The translations under genes and the position numbers were made by a program. From the IMG/VR virus record IMGVR_UViG_3300029984_000001, positions 1 to 64,000 of that record: a stretch of DNA of 64,000 nucleotides. The stretch is one strand, 5' to 3'. Each line of letters opens with the position of its first letter. Position 1 is the stretch's first letter. The notes under the pieces were generated by a model that worked only from the letters and a program-made list of their open reading frames with translations, searched no databases and was not told the DNA's origin. This document shows, in pieces, positions 51,500 to 60,565 of the stretch.

Positions 51500-51512
51500 A
51501 ACTGTATATTAT
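51500..51512 (+). promoter_or_regulatory. Early-type promoter motif
   Basis: AACTGTATATTAT. Confidence 0.55.
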
Positions 51513-51544
51513 AATAGTGAAATATAATATTATTATTTAGGAGA

Positions 51545-51919
51545 GTGTTGAATATGATGAAAGAAATTATTAATGTAATACAAAGATTAAATAGAGGGAG
51601 TGTTGAATTATTAAAAGAACATGATGTAGTATATGTATTTACTAAAGTAGATAATGAAATGATAAAACATCTATATTCAAATAGAAACCAATTAATAGAA
51701 ACATTAATAAATGACATAAATGAATTAGAAGTATTTACTCAAGAAATAAAAGATATAAATACTTACATATTACAAATGGACAAAATTTATGAAATATATA
51801 ATCTAGAAAAAGGTACAAGTGTGGGCGAAATAAAATGTTTCATTTACACATTAAATGCTTATTATAGATTCTTAAAAAGAATAGATATAAGATTCAAAGA
51901 AAAATTAGGAATAGCTTGA
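51545..51919 (+). CDS. Hypothetical protein
   Basis: AGGAG RBS. Confidence 0.6.
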   Translation: MLNMMKEIINVIQRLNRGSVELLKEHDVVYVFTKVDNEMIKHLYSNRNQLIETLINDINELEVFTQEIKDINTYILQMDKIYEIYNLEKGTSVGEIKCFIYTLNAYYRFLKRIDIRFKEKLGIA

Positions 51920-51944
51920 TACATAAAATAGAGGAGAGATTTAA

Positions 51945-52424
51945 ATGAATAAAGAATTAATTAAAGAAAAAGTTTTAACAGCATTAAAAATTAGAAAAGA
52001 TATTCAAGAAATATATGAGAAGCACAAAGTACTGACAGTGTTGTGTAATGAAAGTCCAAATCAATATTATAATCAGGTAGATGAAAATTCAGAAGGAATA
52101 ATGGTTGAATATTATTATAACACTCCATCAAAAATATATACCCCATTAGGATACATCTCAATTACATCTGGGTATTTATCTCTTGATGAGAATTATTTAG
52201 AAGCTGAAAAAGAAATAAAAGAAAAATTCGGTTTTCAATTAGGCAAAGATTCGTATCAAAATTCTATGGGATGTTTTGGTCCATGGTATTATATAACCAA
52301 ATTACCATGGGGTGATAAAATAGAATTAAAACCATATGTTACAAATAGAGATAAATATATAGAATATAATGAAGCTGGAAAACTTTATGATGAAATATTG
52401 ACTGAATTTAATTTAAAACAATAA
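51945..52424 (+). CDS. Hypothetical protein
   Basis: GAGGAG RBS. Confidence 0.65.
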   Translation: MNKELIKEKVLTALKIRKDIQEIYEKHKVLTVLCNESPNQYYNQVDENSEGIMVEYYYNTPSKIYTPLGYISITSGYLSLDENYLEAEKEIKEKFGFQLGKDSYQNSMGCFGPWYYITKLPWGDKIELKPYVTNRDKYIEYNEAGKLYDEILTEFNLKQ

Positions 52425-52459
52425 AAACAAGGTGGACAATTGTCCACCTTTTATTTTTT

Positions 52460-53170
52460 CTAAAAATTAACTACTGCACCACAATTAGACCAATCCATTA
52501 TTTTATTTCTTAAATCTAACAGTTTATTATCATTAGACAATCCATCTTCATCCATACATCTTTTAAGATAGAATATAATCTTAAATGCAATATCTTGACT
52601 TATTCCCATATAATATTTATTTATAAAATCATACCAATTACCAAATACCATTTTAGGTGATATATAAAAATTATCATCATTATGATATAATTGGTGAGGA
52701 GTTAATGATAAGAAACATAAGGGAACATTATGAAGTATATGTTCTTGTCTAATTAATTCTGATAGTTTAAATGAATTGATTTTACCTTGAGTCTTTAGAG
52801 TATGCTCACAGATCATATAACCTATATCATATATAGTTAATATAGAATGATGCATCTCTAATGTTATAGCATCTCGCTTTGATTTTGAATCAGCATTCAA
52901 ATCTGTTGTTATATTACTCATAAATTGACACCTATTCAAACCCATTTCCATTAAGAATCCTTTGTAATGTTTGTATGTTACTGAGTGTCTGAATCTTTGT
53001 ATAGAATTTTTAAGAAATTGTTTATAGACCTCCGTATCCATAAGAGATTCTTGAGTTTGATAGAAAGCTATCTGATAACAACTATTAGGGCTAGATATTG
53101 TGGGGTTTCCTTCCATATCCAAGAAAAAATCAACCTCTGGGAAAGCATTAAAATCATTCAATTCAATCAC
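52460..53170 (-). CDS. Late protein with HNH-like His pattern; paralog of 41838
   Basis: NRCQFM..LEMHH..TIYDI..LCFLSLTPHQLYH..VFGN; AACA-N6-TG at 53178-53189. Confidence 0.6.
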   Translation of the reverse strand: MIELNDFNAFPEVDFFLDMEGNPTISSPNSCYQIAFYQTQESLMDTEVYKQFLKNSIQRFRHSVTYKHYKGFLMEMGLNRCQFMSNITTDLNADSKSKRDAITLEMHHSILTIYDIGYMICEHTLKTQGKINSFKLSELIRQEHILHNVPLCFLSLTPHQLYHNDDNFYISPKMVFGNWYDFINKYYMGISQDIAFKIIFYLKRCMDEDGLSNDNKLLDLRNKIMDWSNCGAVVNF

Positions 53171-53227
53171 ATCCTTTCATTAAAATGTTTCAACTGTATA
53201 ATAACTATAGATGAAAGGAGAAATATT

Positions 53228-53479
53228 ATGGATTTAATGAATTATATAAATGATAAAACAATTATACTAATACCTGTATTATATTATATAGGTACATTAT
53301 TTAAATCTACTGAAAAGATAGATGATAAATTTATTCCTATTTTATTATTACCTATAGGAATTATAATGTCTATGCTTTTAATGAAAGACTTATCTATCAA
53401 TTCTTTTATACAAGGAATATTAACTGTAGCTTGTTCTACTTATGCCAATCAAATTTATAAACAATTTAAAAATAAATAA
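53228..53479 (+). CDS. Holin (Clostridium-phage type, 83 aa)
   Basis: AAAGGAG RBS before ATG 53228 (track start 52985 is spurious); ILIPVLYYIG..IDDKFIPILL..IQGIL..YANQIYKQ. Confidence 0.88.
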   Translation: MDLMNYINDKTIILIPVLYYIGTLFKSTEKIDDKFIPILLLPIGIIMSMLLMKDLSINSFIQGILTVACSTYANQIYKQFKNK

Positions 53480-53564
53480 TTGGACAAACATAATTATAAT
53501 CTCTTGTCATGAATATGTATAGAGATGGCTAAGGTCATCTCTATATTTTAACAAAAAAGATTAT

Positions 53565-53577
53565 AGTTATATATTAT
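53565..53577 (+). promoter_or_regulatory. Early-type promoter motif
   Basis: AGTTATATATTAT. Confidence 0.6.
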
Positions 53578-53595
53578 ATTATTGAATAAATTTAA

Positions 53596-54435
53596 ATGGG
53601 GGGAATGTTTAAAATGTTACCAATATCAGAAAGTGATAAAAGAAAAATACAAGCATTAAAAAATAGAACTATATCTAATGGAAATACTTTGGAAGAAGTA
53701 AAAGAAGCTCAATTTAAAATTAAAAAGATTATGTTTAAATATGAAGAACCACCAAATCAATCTTCACAATACTCTAATCCAGTAAAAAATAATCCTTATA
53801 CAAATTACAATCCATATACACAACAAACTTCACCTCCACCAGTACAACCACAACGACCACCACAAACTCCACCTTTTAATTCAGCAAATAGTGATATTGT
53901 TGATGAATTTATAAAATATAGAGAAACTAATGATTCTTTTGATATATTTATGAATATTAAAAGAAATGAAAAAAGACATGAAGAAGAAAAGCAAAAGGAA
54001 AAAAGACATGAAGAAGAAAAGCAAAAGGAAAAAAGACATGAAGAAGAAAAGCAAAAGGAAAAAAGACATGAAGAAGAAAAGCAAAAAAGTTATATAACTT
54101 GTCCTAATTGTGGAGGTACTAAATTTTATACTAATAAATATGCTACTAAAATTAATGAAACTCCATTATGTACTGGATGTCTTAAGATTGTAGATGTAGA
54201 TTGTTCAAGCTATATATTCGACAATGGAATTTATGAGTACCGATATTTTACAAGAAATACTACTGTGAAAGAAATAATGGATAATTATGATGTAAATTTT
54301 TGGTTATTACATGCAGTAAATAAGAGTTTAGTAAAAGTTGTATTAAAGAATGAACCTATAAAATCAAGGATAAAATTTTACATAAGACTTACATTACATA
54401 GATTAAATGGTATACTAATAGCTTTAGGTATATAA
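53596..54435 (+). CDS. Modular protein: DUF2786-like N-terminus, P/Q/N-rich linker, EKRHEEEKQK repeats, zinc ribbon
   Basis: KIQALKNR..EEVKEAQFKIKKIMFKY; CPNCG..CTGC. Confidence 0.55.
   Translation: MGGMFKMLPISESDKRKIQALKNRTISNGNTLEEVKEAQFKIKKIMFKYEEPPNQSSQYSNPVKNNPYTNYNPYTQQTSPPPVQPQRPPQTPPFNSANSDIVDEFIKYRETNDSFDIFMNIKRNEKRHEEEKQKEKRHEEEKQKEKRHEEEKQKEKRHEEEKQKSYITCPNCGGTKFYTNKYATKINETPLCTGCLKIVDVDCSSYIFDNGIYEYRYFTRNTTVKEIMDNYDVNFWLLHAVNKSLVKVVLKNEPIKSRIKFYIRLTLHRLNGILIALGI
53968..54087 (+). repeat. Coding tandem repeat, 4 x 30 bp
   Basis: GAAAAAAGACATGAAGAAGAAAAGCAAAAG x4 (last copy ends AAA). Confidence 0.95.
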
Positions 54436-54507
54436 AATAGAGAGTTTTAATACTCTCTTTATTTTTTATCTTTTCACATATAAATAAGATAGAGGAGGTA
54501 TTATATA

Positions 54508-56973
54508 ATGAGTGATATAAAGAAAATTACAAACAGTAATACAATACCATTAGTAGATGAATTGGTTTATTATTCAAAAATTATATGTAGAGATATAGAG
54601 ATAAAAGATCAAACAAGTGCTAATAAATACGAATCATTAGACTCAATCAAAAATTCAGATTTATATATAAAATGTCTAGATTCCAAAGCCAACATATCTA
54701 ATTTTTCATATAGTCGTGATGAATTATTATCATATGGATTAGATTCAATATATATAGATGGTTATTTAGAAAGCCCATTGACTATACCATCGACTATACA
54801 AAAAACAATAATAAACAATAGAACTAATATATATTTAAAATCATATAATGAATTAAATAATTATTATCGAATGCTTAATGGTCTTCCAGATATAGGAGAT
54901 ATAGGTATAACATTGAATGAAAGTTATATAGATACTACTTTATATACTATAAATCTAAATAATAAAATACATGAAATGAGTAAAGATGAACAAGATATTT
55001 TACAAGTATTAGGTATTATTGATATATTAATATTGGAATACCCTAATTCTAAATACCTGAAACATATTGGTTCTAATAAGGTTTCTATATATAAAGCTAG
55101 AAAAGCTTTAGAATTTCAATTGTTATATTTACCTACAGATATCCCAGTAGAAATATCTAAGAGATTTGAATCTAGTTATGAAATAAATAGACAATATACT
55201 ATGAAAAGAGTTTATTCTGATGCATATAAATATAAATCAGATAATTATGATGCCTTTATATCTATATTTATTATTATAACTACTTTATCTGATATATTTG
55301 CTAAAATTCCTGACTTCTTTATAAAAGGAGATATATTTGATTTAAAAACTATAGAATTGATATTTGAATCTAATGGTATAGATTATTTTCCTGATATTCC
55401 AAAGAAGTATCAACTAGCAATGGTACGAAATCTAAATAGATTAAAAAAGTATAGAGCTAGTCATCAGAGTATAGTTGATATTAGTTCTTTATTTGGATTT
55501 GACAATATAGAAGTATTTAAATATTATATATTAAAAGAAAGATTACAAGATTCAGATGGAAATTATACTTTTAATGAAGATGACTCTACGAATTACGATT
55601 TAAAATTTATCAAAGTTCCTATTGATAAAATACCTGATAATTATATAAATCAACCTATTAATCAATTTTCTTATGACGAAATTGTTTCTCAGGATAAATA
55701 TTGGGATGGAGATCAAGACCATGAATATATAAGAAAAAAAATAATCGATTATGAATTTAACATTCTTAGATCTCAGTATATGTCAATAGATAGTGTATAT
55801 TCAATGACTCAATTATCATTTCAAACTACATATTTTTATAATATGCTTTTTGATGATGTATTTATAGAAGATCAATTATTATTAAAAATACCTACAATAA
55901 GTACAATAACATCTTTTAAATTTACCGATATATTAGTATACTTATTTGCTTTAGGTTATATGTATATAGGAGTCACTGATAATATATTATATAAACCAAC
56001 AGAAGTTCTTACTATAAATGGTTTTAATTTTAAAGCTAATTTAGAATTATTGGGAAACTATGTAGCTAATAAAGGTTATACTTTAGAAGAATTAGGAGTA
56101 GCAGATTTTCAAATACCAGATTCATCTATATTGACATATAATCAATTGATGTATATATTCACACAAAATACTAAAGTATATGATCACATATGTAAAGAAA
56201 TGAGAACGGCTGATAATAAAGATATATACGATATTTATAAATCATTATACGATGCATTATTAACAACTGAAGTTAATATGGAATTCTTTAAAAAATCGGA
56301 TGGTACTACTGCAACAGGATATACTGATTTTATAAAAGATAAAAATCCTATTTTATATAAATCTATTCAGGATATAAGAGATATAAAAGATAAAGATGAA
56401 AGGACTTCTAAAATTAGTAATACTATTAATGATATTGTATATATAATAGAATCTTATATGGACTCTGACGATTTTAAATTCTTATGGTATAGAATTCCTA
56501 CAGTATCTTCAGAATCTATAAAAATGTATATGTATGAAGTTATAAATTTCTTTAAATCATATAAGAGTACAATACTTAATATTAATACTATATATAAATT
56601 TGATGATAAATTAGATAACGCTGTTGGTATCATAGATAGAATTAGAATTAATTATGAATTGCATAAAAGTGATATGATTGGAATATTAGATAATATAATT
56701 TTGAATATTTATTTAAATAAAAAAGATAGTATAGATATTAGAGAACAAATATATATTCATGGTTATAATAATAAACCTAGAAATTGTTCAGACCTAATAG
56801 ATATAGTAGATAAAATATCATCAACATATGTTTATCTAAATAAAAAATCAGAAGTTGGTATAAAAGATGTAATAAGAATATATGGTACTTTGACTAAGAG
56901 AACCAATATAGGAATTACTGAAAGATTATTTATAAATGATACTAAGATAGATTTAGAAGAGGAAAACATATAA
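54508..56973 (+). CDS. Putative virion structural protein (baseplate-like), 821 aa
   Basis: CACA-N6-TA late-like site at 54475; NNYYRMLNGLP and LKKYRASHQSIVDISSLFGF recall jumbo-phage structural proteins. Confidence 0.5.
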   Translation: MSDIKKITNSNTIPLVDELVYYSKIICRDIEIKDQTSANKYESLDSIKNSDLYIKCLDSKANISNFSYSRDELLSYGLDSIYIDGYLESPLTIPSTIQKTIINNRTNIYLKSYNELNNYYRMLNGLPDIGDIGITLNESYIDTTLYTINLNNKIHEMSKDEQDILQVLGIIDILILEYPNSKYLKHIGSNKVSIYKARKALEFQLLYLPTDIPVEISKRFESSYEINRQYTMKRVYSDAYKYKSDNYDAFISIFIIITTLSDIFAKIPDFFIKGDIFDLKTIELIFESNGIDYFPDIPKKYQLAMVRNLNRLKKYRASHQSIVDISSLFGFDNIEVFKYYILKERLQDSDGNYTFNEDDSTNYDLKFIKVPIDKIPDNYINQPINQFSYDEIVSQDKYWDGDQDHEYIRKKIIDYEFNILRSQYMSIDSVYSMTQLSFQTTYFYNMLFDDVFIEDQLLLKIPTISTITSFKFTDILVYLFALGYMYIGVTDNILYKPTEVLTINGFNFKANLELLGNYVANKGYTLEELGVADFQIPDSSILTYNQLMYIFTQNTKVYDHICKEMRTADNKDIYDIYKSLYDALLTTEVNMEFFKKSDGTTATGYTDFIKDKNPILYKSIQDIRDIKDKDERTSKISNTINDIVYIIESYMDSDDFKFLWYRIPTVSSESIKMYMYEVINFFKSYKSTILNINTIYKFDDKLDNAVGIIDRIRINYELHKSDMIGILDNIILNIYLNKKDSIDIREQIYIHGYNNKPRNCSDLIDIVDKISSTYVYLNKKSEVGIKDVIRIYGTLTKRTNIGITERLFINDTKIDLEEENI

Positions 56974-56976
56974 ATA
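56965..56976 (+). promoter_or_regulatory. Late-type promoter AACA-N6-TA
   Basis: AACAtataaaTA 24 nt upstream of ATG 57000. Confidence 0.6.
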
Positions 56977-56999
56977 AAGAAAAAGAGGAGGAATAAATA

Positions 57000-57848
57000 A
57001 TGATTATACTTAAAAATGAAATAGTAAAAGTAAGTGATAGGATAAATATAACAGACAAAAATCAAATTGATGAGTTTAGTAGAAAGAATCGTATATTTAT
57101 CAAAGATCATGCAACTGGTAAAGATATTTTTGGTTCAGATCCATTACATAATAAAGTTGTACTCGCAGGTTCTACTTATAATGCTCAAAGAATATGTCCT
57201 GTAATAAAACCTAAGATTTGGACTCCTACATATAATACTGATTTAGTATTAGATAATAGTGTTAATGAACCATATACAGGAGAAGGTGGTAGACCTGGTG
57301 AATACGTATTCTTAATTGCTGTTGGTAAGAATGGTAGTGGTCCAGATTTATCTCAAAAGAAGTTAGTTAAATATGCTTCAAGAATTGAACCTGAAGATCT
57401 AGTGCCATTTAAATATGTACCAGTTGCTAATGATATTACAGTAGCACAAAGAGCTAAATATTTTGGTAGAAAAAAAGGTGATGCTAGAATAGCTTATAAT
57501 TTCAAAACATGGGAAGGTACTCCTGAATATAAACAACAATTCTTAGATGGAACTCCTATAGATGAAAATATATATAGTTCTGAAAGAGCAAAGAAAGAAG
57601 AAGTAGAATCATTTATTCAATACTACTTTAAAATAACAACAGATGATTGTAGAGATTGGTTTAGATATACAACATCTATGGCTGATGCTAGAATATCCCA
57701 AATATCATTATTAACTGCATGGAAGAAGACAATAAATGGTTTTGATTATTTCCAAGATATAAGACCATATACAGTATTAAATCTTACTACAGAATTATTA
57801 ATAGATGAAGATAAAGCATTTGATATAATATATCAAGTACTTCCATAA
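57000..57848 (+). CDS. Putative virion structural protein
   Basis: GAGGAGG RBS, late-type promoter, next to 54508. Confidence 0.5.
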   Translation: MIILKNEIVKVSDRINITDKNQIDEFSRKNRIFIKDHATGKDIFGSDPLHNKVVLAGSTYNAQRICPVIKPKIWTPTYNTDLVLDNSVNEPYTGEGGRPGEYVFLIAVGKNGSGPDLSQKKLVKYASRIEPEDLVPFKYVPVANDITVAQRAKYFGRKKGDARIAYNFKTWEGTPEYKQQFLDGTPIDENIYSSERAKKEEVESFIQYYFKITTDDCRDWFRYTTSMADARISQISLLTAWKKTINGFDYFQDIRPYTVLNLTTELLIDEDKAFDIIYQVLP

Positions 57849-57919
57849 TATTATCTAATACAAATTATGATTATATATTAATGAATACATAATTAATAAT
57901 TTGAAAGAAGGTAATATAA

Positions 57920-58303
57920 ATGGAAAAGAAATTATATGAAGGTGATTTAAAAGTATTAGTATATAATAATATAAATAATGTTGATATACCTTATATATTA
58001 GTAAAATTAAATAATAATTTTTTAAGAAAACCTATATGGACTTTAGAAAAAGATAATTTAAATGGAATATGTATTATATTTGATCATATAAATATAATGA
58101 ATGAAAAACATTTACATAAAGTATGTCAGATTATAGATAATAAAGCATATATATTATATGAGATAGAGATTAATGTAAATTTAGCTTTAAAAGACAAATC
58201 ATATGTATATGGAAAAATGCTTGATATACAAGAAGATGGTTATGAAGAATTATATAGTTTAGTTTCTAATTATATAATGAAATATGCTGAAATATGTAGG
58301 TGA
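57920..58303 (+). CDS. Hypothetical protein
   Basis: Early-like motif at 57869-57881; AAGG RBS. Confidence 0.6.
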   Translation: MEKKLYEGDLKVLVYNNINNVDIPYILVKLNNNFLRKPIWTLEKDNLNGICIIFDHINIMNEKHLHKVCQIIDNKAYILYEIEINVNLALKDKSYVYGKMLDIQEDGYEELYSLVSNYIMKYAEICR

Positions 58304-58364
58304 TTTTAAACATAAAGAGTTATTTAGGTAGCTCTTTATTTTTTTCTGAAAGGAGGTATTATAA

Positions 58365-59588
58365 TTGAGATATCCTAAAATGATTGATAAAGAAGAAGAT
58401 GTAAAATATATATTAAATCTTAAACCTTCTGATGTTACTAAATCAACAGTAATAAAAATGTTTGGAGAGTTTAATGGTAAAGCAAGATTTAATCCTTATG
58501 ATGAAATAATGATTCCTAAGGATGCTTATGGTGAATCTCCTTGGAAGAATAAAAAACCTTTCTTAACAACTGTTGGATTATGGATGTTTAATATCCATTT
58601 TATATCAGAGAAATTTACACATGTATTCGATGGTTATATAAATAAAACTATAAATGGTAAAGAGTTTGGTAAAATGAATTCCAGATTATCTTATGCTTTA
58701 ATGGAAGATGATATTACTACAGATGACATGGATTATTTTTTTATGAGATGTGAAAAGTTCATGCCATTTGTTTCTATAATTTCTCCAACCATGAGTGAAA
58801 AAATGTTAACCTGTGGTACAGTAGCAGCTAAGAAATTAAATGAATTATATAAGAAGAAATATAAAGAGAGAATAGATGCTAAAGATCCTTTTGCTGCTGA
58901 TCAAATGGAACAAGAAGTATTAGATTACATGAGAGTGTATTTAGATGGTGATGAGTCTATGGATTTATTTGATTCTGGTGCAAGAGGAAGCTTTGGTAAT
59001 AACTTTAAAAACATGTTTGTTAGTAAAGGTGCTACAAGAGACCCAGACACTGGTGAATATAATATAATTATGAGTAATTATATGAATGGTATATCTAAAA
59101 AAGACTATGCTCCTATGTCTAATTCATTGGCTAGTGGACCTTATGGTAGAAGCCGTTTAACGGCACTTGGAGGTTACAAAGAGAAGCAAATATCGTCCGC
59201 GTATCAACATGTCGTACTCATGGACGGAGGATCTGATTGTTTAACTAAAAGATATATTGAGGTTTTCTTAACGGATAAAAATGTAGAAGAATATATGTAT
59301 AATTATATAATTGATGGTCCAGATTTAATTGAAATGACAAGTAAAAATATGAAAAAATATATAAATAAAGTTGTTAAAATGAGATTCTCTAATATGTGTG
59401 AATCGAAAAATGGATATTGTAATAAATGTGCTGGAAACATGTTCTTTAGATTAGGATTTAAGAATATAGGTCTAGCCTTATCTATTATAGCAGCAACTCA
59501 AAAACAAAAAACGATGAAGGGTTTCCACGATTCTACAATTAAATTTACTGAGATGAATCCACTTAAAGCTTTTACAGGACATTTTTAA
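58365..59588 (+). CDS. rpoC: Split RNA polymerase beta-prime subunit, C-terminal part (bridge helix and trigger loop)
   Basis: SGARGS, SNYMNGI, TALGGY..SAYQ..SDC, MC..GYCNKCAG zinc site, NIG..QKTMKGFH (cf. QLTMRTFH); TTG start with AAGGAGG RBS. Confidence 0.9.
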   Translation: MRYPKMIDKEEDVKYILNLKPSDVTKSTVIKMFGEFNGKARFNPYDEIMIPKDAYGESPWKNKKPFLTTVGLWMFNIHFISEKFTHVFDGYINKTINGKEFGKMNSRLSYALMEDDITTDDMDYFFMRCEKFMPFVSIISPTMSEKMLTCGTVAAKKLNELYKKKYKERIDAKDPFAADQMEQEVLDYMRVYLDGDESMDLFDSGARGSFGNNFKNMFVSKGATRDPDTGEYNIIMSNYMNGISKKDYAPMSNSLASGPYGRSRLTALGGYKEKQISSAYQHVVLMDGGSDCLTKRYIEVFLTDKNVEEYMYNYIIDGPDLIEMTSKNMKKYINKVVKMRFSNMCESKNGYCNKCAGNMFFRLGFKNIGLALSIIAATQKQKTMKGFHDSTIKFTEMNPLKAFTGHF

Positions 59589-59596
59589 TTATTCAT

Positions 59597-59622
59597 TATA
59601 GAGAGGATAATTCCTCTCTATA
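59597..59622 (+). terminator. Intrinsic terminator
   Basis: TATAGAGAGGA/TCCTCTCTATA stem, T-run. Confidence 0.75.
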
Positions 59623-59672
59623 TTTTATTTTTTTACTATAGGTCGTACATACTGTTAGAGGTGATGATTTAA

Positions 59673-60464
59673 ATGAAAACGTTTATGACTAGAATACCAA
59701 TAATACCCGAATCAACGGAAAGAATAGCTGATTATTTTCCAGAAATTCAAGATATATACACAATAACTAATAAAGGGAAAATATATAGTGAAGTTGCAAA
59801 TAGAAATCTAAAACCAAAAATAAGTAAGAAAGGTTATGAAGAGTTAAAATTAAGATTAAAACCAGAATTTCATGTTGGTAATAGAGAAGAAAAACATTTC
59901 TCTGTTCATAGGGGAGTAAAGTTATGTTTTGACCCAATACCAAACCCAGAAAAATATCAAGTAAATCATGTATTGGGTATTAAAACAATAAATGAAATAG
60001 AAGTATTAGAATATTGTACTAATAGAGAAAATATGGATCACGCAATGAGAATGAATTTGGTCTCTAAATGTGAAACTAAATATAATGCTACTCTGACAAA
60101 TGAACAAGTCCATCAAATATGCAAATACTTACAAATAGGGATGCCGTATAAAGATATATCTAGAATTATGTTGAATAGAGATGTAGATAAAAGTATAAGC
60201 GATATTCTTAGTTCAATTAAACATAATCGTAGTTGGTCTGATATATCCTTACAATATAATTTTGATATCAGTAAACCTCATTATCAAATTTTTAATGATA
60301 ATCAAATAGAAATTATATTAAATCATATCTCTGACGGATTGGATAATAATAACATTTTAAAATCTATGAATTATGATTTAGAAAACATACCATCAGAAGT
60401 TATAAATAAATTAAATAATGATATGAATGCTATTAGAAATGGTGCTAAATCTTCAAGAGGATGA
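59673..60464 (+). CDS. Free-standing NUMOD4/HNH homing endonuclease, possibly degenerate
   Basis: YTITNKGKIYS..LKP..KGY..L; VHR; VNHVLGIKTINEIEVLEYCTNRENMDHA. Confidence 0.8.
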   Translation: MKTFMTRIPIIPESTERIADYFPEIQDIYTITNKGKIYSEVANRNLKPKISKKGYEELKLRLKPEFHVGNREEKHFSVHRGVKLCFDPIPNPEKYQVNHVLGIKTINEIEVLEYCTNRENMDHAMRMNLVSKCETKYNATLTNEQVHQICKYLQIGMPYKDISRIMLNRDVDKSISDILSSIKHNRSWSDISLQYNFDISKPHYQIFNDNQIEIILNHISDGLDNNNILKSMNYDLENIPSEVINKLNNDMNAIRNGAKSSRG

Positions 60465-60488
60465 TAGAGAGGGATTATCCCTCTCTAT
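60464..60488 (+). terminator. Intrinsic terminator
   Basis: ATAGAGAGGGA/TCCCTCTCTAT stem, T-run. Confidence 0.75.
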
Positions 60489-60512
60489 ATTTTAACGAAT
60501 AACATCTCCTAC

Positions 60513-60525
60513 AACTATATATTAT
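60513..60525 (+). promoter_or_regulatory. Early-type promoter motif
   Basis: AACTATATATTAT. Confidence 0.6.
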
Positions 60526-60565
60526 ATAAGTGTATATAAATCAAATTTTAAGGAGATGTTTATAA

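Noticed and set aside
52985-53227. 164-aa track ORF as an extended holin
   Set aside because: The extension overlaps the minus-strand gene; RBS and family length indicate ATG 53228.
53487-53545. AACA-N6-TA followed about 20 nt later by the holin terminator, suggesting a tiny late RNA
   Set aside because: Single hit of a short AT-rich motif with no downstream RBS; compatible with chance.
53968-54087. 30-bp repeats as a CRISPR array
   Set aside because: Head-to-tail with no spacers and in frame within a CDS.
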